Positions 43,119-53,478 of a stretch of 64,000 nt of DNA are shown here, in pieces. Where the stretch lies: NCBI GenBank assembly GCA_963701855.1, contig CAVPBK010000006.1, forward strand, positions 1,504,001 through 1,568,000, given 5' to 3'. The notes beneath the pieces were generated by a model. The model was not told the origin of the DNA. It saw only the letters and a list, made by a program, of their open reading frames with translations, and did no database searches. The DNA is from Nitrospirota bacterium (GTDB lineage: Bacteria; Nitrospirota; Nitrospiria; Nitrospirales; Nitrospiraceae). A program made the translations under genes and the position numbers. The first letter of the stretch is position 1, and every line of letters starts with the position of its first letter.

Positions 43119-44378
43119 GTGACATCACAGACCAACAACAAGCGGTTCATCCCCTTCTCGCTCGACGCGATCAACTTCCTGCTCGCCGACGTACGCGGCG
43201 CACTGGGGCCGTTTCTCAATGTCTTCCTGGTGACCCAGCAGCACTGGAGTCAGACCCAAGTCGGTCTGGTCACGACGCTGGGCGGCCTGCTGGGGCTGGT
43301 CGCGCAGACGCCGATCGGTGCCGCGATCGACGAGACCCGCGCGAAGAGGGGCGTGATTGTGCTGGCGCTGGCCGTACTGGCCGTGGGGGCGACCACGATC
43401 TTCGTCATGCCGACCTTCTGGCCGGTGACGATCGCCACCAGCCTCATGGCCGTGGTCGGGGACGTCTTCGGTCCTGCAGTTGCCGCTCTGACCTTGGGCC
43501 TGTATACACGGAAACAATTGGCCCGCCGCTTGGGTCGGAATGCCGCCTTCGACCATGCGGGCAATGTCGCGATCGCCGTGATAGCGGGTGCCGTGGGCTA
43601 TGCGTTCTCGCAGCGTGCCGTCTTTCTTCTTGTGCCGGTGTTCGCCGTGCTTGCGGGCATTGCAGTGCTGTCCATTCCATACCAGGCCATCAATTTAGAC
43701 CGGGCGAGAGACTTGGAGCACGAGCCCGACGCGGCTGAGCGCCCGGCCGTTGCCGCCGGCTACAGCATTTTGTTCGCATCCCGACCGTTGGTGATCTTTG
43801 GCCTGTGCGTCATGCTGTTCCATCTGGCTAATGCGGCGCTGTTGCCACTGGTGGGACAAAAGCTGGCTGCCGTATTTCCCGAAGAGGCGACGGCCATGAT
43901 GTCGGCGTGCATCGTTGCCGCACAACTGGTGATGTTGCCGATCTCTCTGCTGGTTGGACGCACGGCCGACAGTTGGGGACGGAAGCCGTTGTTCCTAGTC
44001 GGGTTCGCCATCCTGCCCATTCGGGCGGTGCTCTACACCTTCTCCGATAACAGCGTCTGGTTGATCGGTGTCCAGCTGCTTGATGGCATTGGAGCCGGGA
44101 TCTTCGGCGCCCTCACGCCCCTGGTGATTGCCGATCTCATGCGAGGCACCGGTCGCTATAACCTGGCCTTCGGTGCCATCGCCACGATGCAGGGGATCGG
44201 CGCCTCGCTGAGTGGTCTCGCGGCCGGCGTGATCGTCGATCATTTTGGCTACAGCGCAACCTTTCTCACGTTGGGCGCTGCCGCGGGGGTTGCCCTGATC
44301 GTCTTCGCCCTTGGGATGCCAGAAACTGCCGAACTGGAACAGCCCTCCGTCGGTCAGCGTGATGGCGTATCGCACTGA
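43119..44378 (+). CDS. MFS transporter
   Basis: About 12 TM segments; ADSWGRK. Confidence 0.9.
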   Translation: MTSQTNNKRFIPFSLDAINFLLADVRGALGPFLNVFLVTQQHWSQTQVGLVTTLGGLLGLVAQTPIGAAIDETRAKRGVIVLALAVLAVGATTIFVMPTFWPVTIATSLMAVVGDVFGPAVAALTLGLYTRKQLARRLGRNAAFDHAGNVAIAVIAGAVGYAFSQRAVFLLVPVFAVLAGIAVLSIPYQAINLDRARDLEHEPDAAERPAVAAGYSILFASRPLVIFGLCVMLFHLANAALLPLVGQKLAAVFPEEATAMMSACIVAAQLVMLPISLLVGRTADSWGRKPLFLVGFAILPIRAVLYTFSDNSVWLIGVQLLDGIGAGIFGALTPLVIADLMRGTGRYNLAFGAIATMQGIGASLSGLAAGVIVDHFGYSATFLTLGAAAGVALIVFALGMPETAELEQPSVGQRDGVSH

Positions 44379-44404
44379 ACGCATGGGGGCGATATGCGTG
44401 AGCG

Positions 44405-44602
44405 GTGATGACGATGGCGCAACGTATCGAGGCAGCTCTTCACAATGTCGCGCAGGATATCTGGGAAGACCGTGGGGGATATAACGCAGTCTTTCTTTCG
44501 TTCGCCGGCGTGGCCATCATCGCCGTCACTGTGGTGTACTCGAAGATGCCGGAGGCGAAGGACATCCAGACAATTAGGACCGTCGTCGAAGGCAGCCGAT
44601 AG
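44405..44602 (+). pseudogene. MFS C-terminal remnant
   Basis: GYNAVFLSFAGVA....KMPE resembles the tail of the preceding MFS. Confidence 0.45.
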
Positions 44603-44673
44603 GCATCCATGTATTAGAAAACAGCCGGGCCTTCCTCCTTCACTCACTGAGAAACAACAAGGAGACAACTGCG

Positions 44674-45027
44674 ATGATGTATGTCTACACCGTCATGCTT
44701 CTGGTGGGTTCGAACGTCTTTATGACCCTGGCATGGTACGGCCATCTTCGGTTTATGAACACCTCGATCTGGCTGGTCGTGTTGGCGAGTTGGGGCGTGG
44801 CGTTCTTTGAATACTGTCTTCAGGTGCCGGCGAATCGAATGGGGTATCACGTGCTGTCCGCCTATCAGCTCAAGATGCTCCAAGAGGTCATTACCTTAAT
44901 CGTCTTCATTGTGTTTGCCGAACTGTATCTCGGCGAAGGGCTCAAGCCCAAGCACCTTGCGGGGTTTTTGCTCTTGGGCGCGGCGGCCTGGATCGTGTTT
45001 CAAGAGCAGTTTGGGCTTACATGGTAA
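44674..45027 (+). CDS. DMT-superfamily small membrane protein (DUF486-like)
   Basis: SNVFMTLAWYGHL, FFEYCLQVPANR, QLKMLQEVITL. Confidence 0.9.
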   Translation: MMYVYTVMLLVGSNVFMTLAWYGHLRFMNTSIWLVVLASWGVAFFEYCLQVPANRMGYHVLSAYQLKMLQEVITLIVFIVFAELYLGEGLKPKHLAGFLLLGAAAWIVFQEQFGLTW

Positions 45028-45198
45028 GCGCGACAGCAACGACATCCTATTCGTCCACTTGTGTGCCCTATGTAAATTCCGGACAGGCAGTTTTCAACAA
45101 ACTGTCCAGGAATTAAGTGAGGCAGTATAGTCAATACTCGGCTCCGGTTTGACAGCGAAACATGATGTGCTTGGTTGCCAGGAGATCATTATCAGGGA

Positions 45199-45483
45199 TC
45201 AGAGTTGTGGAGGGTGGTGGCAGCAAGCGTTAGTGGTCAGTTTAAACTCTACCCAAGAGTTGGCGGTCCTGTGTTCCTCACGCGCTGCGTTCCAGACTTC
45301 CCATGCGGCATCGGCATTCATCGTCGCGATGCCAAGCCCAACGATCAGATCGGGCCATCCAGAAAGCGTATAGGCCGTCACGAACCCCGCCGCGATGATT
45401 GCGATGTTTGCCAGGGCATCATTTCGAGCTGACAGGAACGCTGCCCGTGTCAGACTGCCACTATGCGCTCGAAATTTGACCAG
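45199..45483 (-). pseudogene. Cation-efflux gene, C-terminal part
   Basis: LVKFRAHSGSLTRAAFLSARNDALAN..WPDLIVG; continues the 27571-27199 fragment. Confidence 0.85.
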
Positions 45484-45597
45484 CGAAATAAACGGGGACA
45501 TTCTGCCTTTTTTAGCAGCGGTGGCCCCGCTTGCGCTCATCTCCAGGCTGGGCGCGAGACTAAACTCGCTGGCTACGTGCTCGATACGAGGATCGCC

Positions 45598-46045
45598 ATG
45601 TGGGTTGTCTTCCTCCTTTTTTTCCGGCTGCTCCCGCTGCTGCTCTCCGTCCACGCGGAAGACCTCGGCGAACTGAGTGCCAATCCGTACAATCCTGATT
45701 CCACGTCCAATCCATTCGGGGCCGGAAGCCCCTTCAAACCGGATGGCTTGAACAATCCCTTCAGCCCTTACGGCAGTCCATTCAGCAATCAATCGGCGAC
45801 GAATCCCTTCGCAACGGACGCACCGCGGCTCCTTGCTCGTCTCTCTGGTCTCTTTGGTTTCTCTGGTTATTTTCCGGTCCGGTCAACAAGACAGACCAAA
45901 TAGACCAGATAAACGAGATAGACCAGTTTCGTTTCTCCGTTCTCGCAGGACTCAATCAACAATCCCTACGGGCGCCGGGAGTCCCTACAGCCCCAACAGT
46001 CCCACGAATCTCTACGGTCGCGGCCTTCGGATTGAAGGACGCTGA
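45598..46045 (+). pseudogene. NPYG/NPFG-repeat protein, copy 4, interrupted by a 102-bp palindrome (45832-45933)
   Basis: Same junctions as copies 2 and 3, one 9-mer shorter; type 2 motif at 45485-45513. Confidence 0.85.
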
Positions 46046-46153
46046 ATCTATTCGCTGAATCGCTCCATGGTGATCTCATGACTGCTTGACACCTCAGTCC
46101 TATACCGCGGTTCACGGGTTTATTGCCGTAGCCTTCGGTTGACGATTCTTCGA

Positions 46154-46840
46154 TCATGTCGACACCCGATCAATAACAAGTAGCGCCTCGTATTCACTAG
46201 GCAAGTTCTGAAGTGAGGCCCACCATGGCGGCGGTTCGCTTGGATGCGGTGGGCTCCACTCTCTCGTCTCCTCGCTCGAAACAGGGGTGAAATGCGTTTT
46301 CACTCGCAGACTTCTGGCGTTGAAATCTGCTCCTCTTAGGTCAGGGCATTGGGGCCGTATTTCGTTGATCATGTCTATGAATTCCTGAGAAGGAGTACAC
46401 TCGCCAATATAGACTTTCCCATGGACTACGTTCGTAATGACAAGGGCAGCGATGGGATTTGGAGTAGCGCAGCCCACCCATCGACAGGTGGATAATGCAT
46501 CAATTAATGTATCTACGAGTCGTGTCGCCACTTTCTTTCGTCTGTGGTGAGGAAGAACTGCCAGCGAGTCGATCCACCCAACAATCCCACAAGTGTAGCG
46601 AAGAATTCTGGCATAGAGGTAGCCAATAACTCCTTCGGTTTGATGTTGAGCTAGAAACAGAAGATCCGTACTTTCTAGCCTCTCCTTTGTTTTCTTTGGT
46701 CCCAATCGGTACGGTTTCCCCTGGGGGGTTGTACCAAAGCTGTTACAAAAAACGTGTGAAACGGCGTCCACCAAACTCAAGATGGCGGCAGCATCTCTTC
46801 CCTTATAAGACAGAAATTCATATGCATCGCGCTCGTTCAT
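46154..46840 (-). CDS. GNAT-family acetyltransferase with C-terminal extension
   Basis: WIDSLAVLPHHRRKKVATRL; ATPNPIAA. Confidence 0.8.
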   Translation of the reverse strand: MNERDAYEFLSYKGRDAAAILSLVDAVSHVFCNSFGTTPQGKPYRLGPKKTKERLESTDLLFLAQHQTEGVIGYLYARILRYTCGIVGWIDSLAVLPHHRRKKVATRLVDTLIDALSTCRWVGCATPNPIAALVITNVVHGKVYIGECTPSQEFIDMINEIRPQCPDLRGADFNARSLRVKTHFTPVSSEETREWSPPHPSEPPPWWASLQNLPSEYEALLVIDRVST

Positions 46841-46907
46841 TACGAGTCAAATCTCCAGCTTAATCGTAACGATAGTTCGAGCGGGGAGGCGTGAGGGAGA
46901 GGAAACG

Positions 46908-47684
46908 TTAACGCTTGATAACAACCAGTGCTTCAAACGCGTTTGGCAAGTGCTCTATGAAATCCCACCACTTCGGAGATACCATTGCCCGTTGCGGTTC
47001 CCACTTTCTCTGATCAGAACGGGACAAAGGACTGAATCCCGTCTTGATCAGTAAATTCTCCTTATCAAGGGCACAACCCCGCAAGTCGAAGCAGTTCTCC
47101 TGTATTTCTTTTAACAACTGAAATATGGGGAAAGGCGGGAAACAACGGCCAACGTAGTGAATTCCAGGGACGCATCGAGTGATCACGTAGGCTGCTATTG
47201 GATTCGGTGTTGCAAATCCCACTAGTGGAGCCGCCTTTGTAGCCGCGACAAAGTTCTTTACCAGGGCGGTGGCGATTCCCTGCCGACGGTATATTGGGAG
47301 TACAGCCATTGATTCAATCCAGGCAACTCTGCCTGCAGATGAAGGTATTTCCTTCCCAAAGAGGTATCCCACTCCGGAATGTGTATCCCCTGCGATGAAT
47401 AGATAATCCGTACTCATCAGTCGCTCGCTCACGGACTTCGGGCCCATACGATACGGCTTGCCATCGGGTCTGAACCCGAAGCTTTCATTGAAAATGTGTG
47501 AGACCAATCTGACCGCATCAGGGTCGGAAGCTGCGGTGAACCCAGCCGACATCGAGATGCTGGATGGCACCACTGTTAGGCCCAGATCGCAGGTGTTATC
47601 TGAAGTGTGGGTTAGACCGAGATCATACGAATGTGAGGTTCCTTGAACGACTGAATCGCTTTTTGCTGACACCAGTGGAGTCAT
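46908..47684 (-). CDS. GNAT-family acetyltransferase, paralog of the adjacent gene
   Basis: WIESMAVLPIYRRQGIATAL; ATPNPIAA; KPYRMGPK. Confidence 0.8.
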   Translation of the reverse strand: MTPLVSAKSDSVVQGTSHSYDLGLTHTSDNTCDLGLTVVPSSISMSAGFTAASDPDAVRLVSHIFNESFGFRPDGKPYRMGPKSVSERLMSTDYLFIAGDTHSGVGYLFGKEIPSSAGRVAWIESMAVLPIYRRQGIATALVKNFVAATKAAPLVGFATPNPIAAYVITRCVPGIHYVGRCFPPFPIFQLLKEIQENCFDLRGCALDKENLLIKTGFSPLSRSDQRKWEPQRAMVSPKWWDFIEHLPNAFEALVVIKR

Positions 47685-47942
47685 GAGGCAGAAAAAGCGT
47701 GGTCTGACCCGAAGGATTCATTTGGTAACCGCTGAGATGAGCTGTTAACCGGCAGAGATGTATTGTTGTAAGCAAGCTTGATCGCTCTGTCAAGAGTCAA
47801 TCGTTTCGCCTTCCATCAGCCTATCTTGATGAAACCGTTTCACATGCAATGTGCTATACGCTAAAGTTTCCTGGCTTCAAAGTTCTCATACTATAGTGTC
47901 AATGCCAGAGTGTCTCACCCGAAGGGGTTCACCTCAACCAGG

Positions 47943-48094
47943 TGTGCTAATTTTGAGCTTCAATTCTTCACAAACGACCGAATTAGGTAGAAGCAATAGA
48001 ATCAGTAGAATCCCAGCAACTCATGGTTTTCAACGATAAACGGGGAAACCTTCGCTCCATCGATCGGTTAGTATCATCGGCCTTCTGTCACTCT
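47943..48094 (+). repeat. att-like arm truncated at the start of the anticodon loop
   Basis: Collinear with 13719-13871; homology stops at CACTCT. Confidence 0.85.
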
Positions 48095-48142
48095 CCCTCT
48101 TCCCTCTTGAATCCCCCACCGCTCCGTTCCATACTTTCGCCC

Positions 48143-50086
48143 ATGGTCCCCCCTCCCTTTGATCGCTCCCAGCCTCTTCAGGATCTCGAAACCGACGCCG
48201 CCCTACGCGCGATCCTCGAAGGGACCGCAACGGAAACGGGCCAGAAGTTTTTTGCAGCGCTGGTGCAGAACCTTGCCAAGACGCTCGGCACGCACGGCGC
48301 CTGGGTGACGGAATATTTTCCCGAGAAGCGCCGCCTCCACGCGCTCGCCTTCTGGATGGACGGCCAGTGGGTCAAGGACTATGAAGTCGATATCGCTGGG
48401 ACTGCCTGCGAGCGCGTGATCGATACGGCCAAGCTGGTGCATTTTCCAGACAGGATTCTGGAGCTCTATCCTCACTCAGAAGAATTGAAGGCAGCCGGCG
48501 CCGTCAGCTACTTGGGCGTACCCCTCCAGGATACGGACGGCCGCATTCTTGGTCACATGGCGGTGATCGACCGACGGCCGATTCCGGAGGAGCCGCGGGT
48601 CTATGCGATCTTTCAGATCTTCGCCGCGCGGGCCGCGGCGGAACTCCAACGGCTGCGGGCCGAAGCCGAGGTACGCGAGCGGGAAGAAAAAGTCGGGCGG
48701 CTCCTCAGCAGCGCAATGGACGCAATCATCGAGCTGGACGATCGGCTTCGCATCACCCGCGTGAATCCCGCCGCGGAGAAAGTCTTCCGCTGTCGAGCGG
48801 ACAAGATGGCCGGCCAGGATTTCCGGCGATTCGTGAGTCAGAAGGATACAGGCCGGCTCATGACTCTGATCGCCGAGCTGGACGGGCGCCCGGAAGGTCA
48901 GCAGTCGCGCTGGATTCCCGGCGGGCTCACCGCACGCTGTCCCGAGGGCGACTCGTTTCCTGCCGAAGCGACGCTCTCCCGTTTCGAACTGCATCGCCAG
49001 AAGTTCACGACCGTGATCCTCCGTAACGTGCACGATCGGGTGGAAGCGGAGCAGAAGATCCTGTCGCTGACCGCTGAAACAGAATTGTTGCGGGAAGAAC
49101 TCCAGTCCCTGCACCATGACGAGGCCTTGATCGGCGAGAGTCCGGCGCTTCGGCAGGTCCTGCGCGACATCGGCCAAGTTGCGGAGACCGACGCGACGGT
49201 GCTCATCATGGGCGAGACCGGCACCGGTAAGGAACTTGTGGCGCGCGCCATCCATGCGGCCGGCAAACGGCATGAACGGCCGCTGATCACCGTGAATTGC
49301 GCGGCGATTCCCGCGACCCTGATCGAGAGTGAATTATTCGGTCATGAAGCGGGGGCCTTTACCGGGGCGACCAAGAAGCGCGAGGGCCGCTTCGCCCTGG
49401 CGGACAAAGGCACCATCTTTCTCGACGAGATCGGGGAATTGCCGCTCGATCTGCAAGCGAAGCTGCTCCGCGTGTTGCAAGAAGGCGAGTTCGACCCGGT
49501 CGGAAGTGCCTCGACGAAGAAGGTCAACGTGCGCGTGATCGCTGCGACGAATCGCGATCTGGAGAAATCCGTTCGCGAGGGAGGATTCCGCGAGGATCTC
49601 TACTACCGGCTGAACGTGTTTCCGCTCCGCGTGCCACCTCTGCGCGAGCGCGGCGATGATGTGGTGCGTCTGGCCTCTGCCTTCGCTCGCCGGTTTGCCA
49701 CCAAGATGGGCCGCACCATCGCTCCGCTGACCGCCGACTGCACGCGCCGGCTCACGAGCTATAGTTGGCCCGGAAACGTGCGGGAGCTGCGGAACGTGAT
49801 CGAGCGGGCTGTGATCACGGCGACGGATGGACGCTTGAATCTGGATCGGGCCTTGCCGGAGGCGTCACCGGTTCACATGGCGCCTCCCGAAGACACCACC
49901 CCCTCTCCCGGCCAGATCCGGACAGCGAATGAATTCGAGCAACTCGAACGCGCCAATATTCTGTGCGCGCTCGACGCCGCCAAATGGAAAGTATCCGGCG
50001 AGAAGGGCGCGGCAACACTGCTCGGAATGAACGCTTCGACGCTCTCGTCACGCATGAAAGTGTTGAAGATTCAAAAACCCCGCTGA
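48143..50086 (+). CDS. GAF-PAS-AAA+-HTH sigma54 activator (FhlA-like)
   Basis: SYLGVPL (GAF), DAII..VNPAAE (PAS), [14 protein letters not shown]. Confidence 0.95.
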   Translation: MVPPPFDRSQPLQDLETDAALRAILEGTATETGQKFFAALVQNLAKTLGTHGAWVTEYFPEKRRLHALAFWMDGQWVKDYEVDIAGTACERVIDTAKLVHFPDRILELYPHSEELKAAGAVSYLGVPLQDTDGRILGHMAVIDRRPIPEEPRVYAIFQIFAARAAAELQRLRAEAEVREREEKVGRLLSSAMDAIIELDDRLRITRVNPAAEKVFRCRADKMAGQDFRRFVSQKDTGRLMTLIAELDGRPEGQQSRWIPGGLTARCPEGDSFPAEATLSRFELHRQKFTTVILRNVHDRVEAEQKILSLTAETELLREELQSLHHDEALIGESPALRQVLRDIGQVAETDATVLIMGETGTGKELVARAIHAAGKRHERPLITVNCAAIPATLIESELFGHEAGAFTGATKKREGRFALADKGTIFLDEIGELPLDLQAKLLRVLQEGEFDPVGSASTKKVNVRVIAATNRDLEKSVREGGFREDLYYRLNVFPLRVPPLRERGDDVVRLASAFARRFATKMGRTIAPLTADCTRRLTSYSWPGNVRELRNVIERAVITATDGRLNLDRALPEASPVHMAPPEDTTPSPGQIRTANEFEQLERANILCALDAAKWKVSGEKGAATLLGMNASTLSSRMKVLKIQKPR

Positions 50087-50272
50087 GCAAAGATTTCTCC
50101 CGTCACTCTTTCTTCATCCCTCACTGCTCCAAGTTTTACCCTCATCGATTTACGAGATCTCACAAATCTTCTCGCGAGATTTCGCAAGTCACGAGATATC
50201 GGCGCTTGCCGATTTCCACTCATCTGATTCTAAGTCGCTGAATTTCCATCGTCTCGTTCAATTCTCCCGTGC

Positions 50273-50288
50273 TGGCATCGATGCTGCT
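50273..50288 (+). promoter_or_regulatory. Putative sigma54 promoter
   Basis: TGGCATCGATGCTGCT (GG-N10-GC) just after the activator gene. Confidence 0.55.
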
Positions 50289-50434
50289 GTAGGGACTTGG
50301 CATAGGGTCATTCCCTCACAACAAGGAGCAGCATGATGACGACGATTTATGATTTGCTTACAGCTCACCTCACCATCACCACCCGACGGTCCAACCAATT
50401 ACATGCTGCGCCCGAGAGAGGAAGGAGGCACGCC

Positions 50435-52081
50435 ATGAAGTCCCCCTACATCATCGGGTTCGCTGCGGCTGCTCTGCTCGCCTGTGCCGCTCCCAGCTCG
50501 GGCACAGAGTCAACGGCGGCGCCCGCTCCGCCGAAGAGCCTTTCTGACACGGTCCCCCTCTATACGAATCTCGGCTCTCACCACAAACGCATCTCCACTC
50601 GAGTTCCGGCCACACAGCAGTATTTCGACCAGGGCCTGCGACTCGTCTACGGATTCAATCACTCAGAAGCGATCCGCTCGTTCACGCGCGCCGCAGAGTT
50701 CGATTCCACCTGCGCTATGTGCTACTGGGGGATCGCACTCGCCTACGGCCCGCACATCAATGCTCCAATGGACTCGGTGAGCGGAGTCGCCGCGTACGCG
50801 GCGGCGCAGAAAGCGCTGGCGCTCAAGTCCCACGCCACGGCGCCTGAGCGCGCGTACATCGAGGCGCTCGCGCAGCGCTACGCGGCGGTCCCGCCGACCG
50901 ATCGTGCCCGTTTGAACACGTTGTACTCGCGCGCGATGGAGCGGGTTGCCCACACCTACGCCAGCGACCTCGACGCCGCGACCCTGTACGCTGAATCGCT
51001 GATGGACCTCCGCCCGTGGAACTACTGGCGACCCGACGGTACGCCCTACCCCGGCACCAATGAAATCGTGCGCCAGCTGGAGAGAGTCATCTCGCGCGTC
51101 CCGAACCATCCCGGCGCGTGCCATTACTACATCCACGCGGTCGAAGCGGTGAACCCGCAGGCCGCGGTGCCGTGCGCCGAGCGGCTCGCTCGGCTTATGC
51201 CGGGCGAAGGGCACATGGTCCACATGCCCGCACATATCTACATCCGCGTCGGACGGTGGAACGACGCCATGCAGGCCAACCAACACGCCATCCACACTGA
51301 CGAGGCGTTCATCGAAGGACAGCATCCGATGGGCGTCTATCCGCTCGCGTACTACCCGCACAACATCCACTTCCTCGCCTTCGCCTCCACGATGGCGGGC
51401 CGCAGTGCGCAGGCGATCGAGGCGTCCAATACACTCACCTCCAAGGTGAACCTCGACGCCGCGCGCCAGGTCGGGTTACTACAAGAAATGCTGCCGTACC
51501 ACGCGCTCACGCTCACGACGTTTGGAAAATGGGACGACGTGCTTGCCGACCCGCTTCCACCGGCGGACATCCGCTTCTCCTACGCCATGGCGTACTATGC
51601 CCGCGGTGTGGCGCACGCCGCCAAGGGACAATGGGCGGAGGCGGAAGCCGCGCTCGACACAGTCACGGCGATCCACACCGCGACGCCCGAAGGTGCCGAT
51701 GGCAAGACGGCGCTCTCGATCGCCGTGCACGCGCTGTCCGGCGAGATCGCCACCCGCCGCGGCGACCTCGACAAGGGCATTAACCACTTCCGGGAGGCGG
51801 CCAAGATCGAGGACACGGGACTCTACTTCGAGCCGCCCAAGTGGTACTACCCCATTCGGCACTCGCTCGGCGCCGGGCTGTTGAAGGCGGGACAACATGC
51901 CGAGGCCGAGGAGGTATATCGCGAGGATCTCCGGCGCTTCCCCGAGAACGGCTGGGCCCTGTTTGGACTCGCGCAGACGTTCCGGGCGCAGGGGAAGAAC
52001 ATCGAAGCGGCCGCAACGGAAGCGCGCTTCCGCCGAGCGTGGGCGAGCACGGACGTAACACTGACGGCATCGAGGTTCTAG
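50435..52081 (+). CDS. TPR-repeat lipoprotein
   Basis: AAGGAGG RBS; LLAC lipobox; YGFNH.EA.RSF, HPGACHYYIH, H.VHMPAHIY. Confidence 0.85.
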   Translation: MKSPYIIGFAAAALLACAAPSSGTESTAAPAPPKSLSDTVPLYTNLGSHHKRISTRVPATQQYFDQGLRLVYGFNHSEAIRSFTRAAEFDSTCAMCYWGIALAYGPHINAPMDSVSGVAAYAAAQKALALKSHATAPERAYIEALAQRYAAVPPTDRARLNTLYSRAMERVAHTYASDLDAATLYAESLMDLRPWNYWRPDGTPYPGTNEIVRQLERVISRVPNHPGACHYYIHAVEAVNPQAAVPCAERLARLMPGEGHMVHMPAHIYIRVGRWNDAMQANQHAIHTDEAFIEGQHPMGVYPLAYYPHNIHFLAFASTMAGRSAQAIEASNTLTSKVNLDAARQVGLLQEMLPYHALTLTTFGKWDDVLADPLPPADIRFSYAMAYYARGVAHAAKGQWAEAEAALDTVTAIHTATPEGADGKTALSIAVHALSGEIATRRGDLDKGINHFREAAKIEDTGLYFEPPKWYYPIRHSLGAGLLKAGQHAEAEEVYREDLRRFPENGWALFGLAQTFRAQGKNIEAAATEARFRRAWASTDVTLTASRF

Positions 52082-52376
52082 CGAATGAGTTACCTTCTGA
52101 CTCATTTACAGGAACTCTACAACCTCGGGTCAGACTCCGGCTCCTCGCGTTGTTAACACAGTCGTGCCTACGTGGCCTGCGCCACGAGCTCAATAGGTAT
52201 AGCGGGCTTCGTGGGGGATCCGCCTCGTGGTTTCGTCAGGATGCCCCACGATTGGACACGTCGATCCTCGAAGTATCAGCGGGCCTTAGTGGAAGAACAC
52301 GCATTCGCGCATGATAAATTAGTCAGAGGAACGGCACGAGAAATCGCTTTAGATGATCTATCACCAGGAGGGGGTC

Positions 52377-52682
52377 ATGTACGATCTTAAGAATCTAAAC
52401 AAGATGAAGGATCTCGAGACTCATGCACCAGAAGCCATGCGCGCGTTTGTAGCTTTCGATAAGGCCGCCTTGGCCGGCGGCGCAATTCCGAGGAAGTATA
52501 AGGAGTTGATGGCACTCGCGGTCGCATTTACGACACAATGCCCGTATTGTATCGAGCTTCACTCAAGCAGGGCGCGAGAGACAGGCGCGTCGGATCCGGA
52601 GATTGCCGAGGCCGTTCTCGTCGCTGCGGCATTACGCGCGGGTGGGGCGATCACCCATGGCACACATGCCATGAAGGGTTGA
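52377..52682 (+). CDS. CMD/AhpD-like protein
   Basis: KYKELMALAVA.TTQCPYCI..H. Confidence 0.9.
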   Translation: MYDLKNLNKMKDLETHAPEAMRAFVAFDKAALAGGAIPRKYKELMALAVAFTTQCPYCIELHSSRARETGASDPEIAEAVLVAAALRAGGAITHGTHAMKG

Positions 52683-52784
52683 TAAACTTCAGATATGAGA
52701 GCGAGCCGTTTCCTCCGTGAACTGTGCGCTGGCTCTCCTCTACCTGTGCGAGAGCCAACTTCATTTCAACAAGGAGGACACAAG

Positions 52785-53020
52785 ATGGCTACCAACAACA
52801 AACCGCGAATACGCTGCGATGCGGCAACATCAAGGCGACGATCTGACAGAACATCAGCGAGAACGGTCTGTTCTTCTCAACGACTTTCTCTCGCCCATTC
52901 AGGGATCAGTCCGGCGCGTGGCGCAATGGGACCTCGTTTGGCCACAATGCTCTTGAGGCGCTCGTCAGCGTTGCACGTGAAGCCAAGGAGTGGATTGCCG
53001 CTCACGCCTTGAAGGGCTGA
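52785..53020 (+). pseudogene. PC4/PUR-like gene copy with frameshift and stop
   Basis: Collinear with 20248-20484, including leader hairpin and 3' hairpin. Confidence 0.85.
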
Positions 53021-53144
53021 GCTGCTTCACTGGGAAGCCTCCGACATCCGGGGGCTTCCCTTTTATTTCGAATGAGTTTCTAGTAGAGAGTGGAGAAGGG
53101 ACACTGTGCGGATTATTCCAAGACTGGAACGGTTTCTTCCCTCA

Positions 53145-53465
53145 TCAAGCCGGTAAGAGCGTTCCCCTGTGTTGCTCAATATGCTTCCTGACCTTACCCG
53201 GTAGAGCTTGCTCGGCAAGGCGCAGCTCATACGTCTTCTGCAGATTCATCCAGAATTCAGCTGTCGTATCAAACAATGTCGCCAGACGTACCGCCGTATC
53301 ACCCGTAATGCCTCGCTGCCTTTTGATAATGGCCGTGATCCGGTTCGCAGGAACTTTGAGGGCCTTGGCGAGCATATTGGCATTGATCGGCGGCTCTGCC
53401 GACTTCATGAACTCCTCAAACAAGATTTCTCCCGGATGAACCGGCCGCATTCCATTCTTGATCAT
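53145..53465 (-). CDS. higA: HigA-family antitoxin
   Basis: PVHPGEIL.EEF, RGITGDTAVRL, AEFWMNLQ..YEL. Confidence 0.95.
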   Translation of the reverse strand: MIKNGMRPVHPGEILFEEFMKSAEPPINANMLAKALKVPANRITAIIKRQRGITGDTAVRLATLFDTTAEFWMNLQKTYELRLAEQALPGKVRKHIEQHRGTLLPA

Positions 53466-53478
53466 GACAGGTTCTCCT

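Noticed and set aside
48023..48142. N-terminal extension of the GAF-PAS activator
   Set aside because: It translates att-arm DNA; ATG 48143 is more plausible
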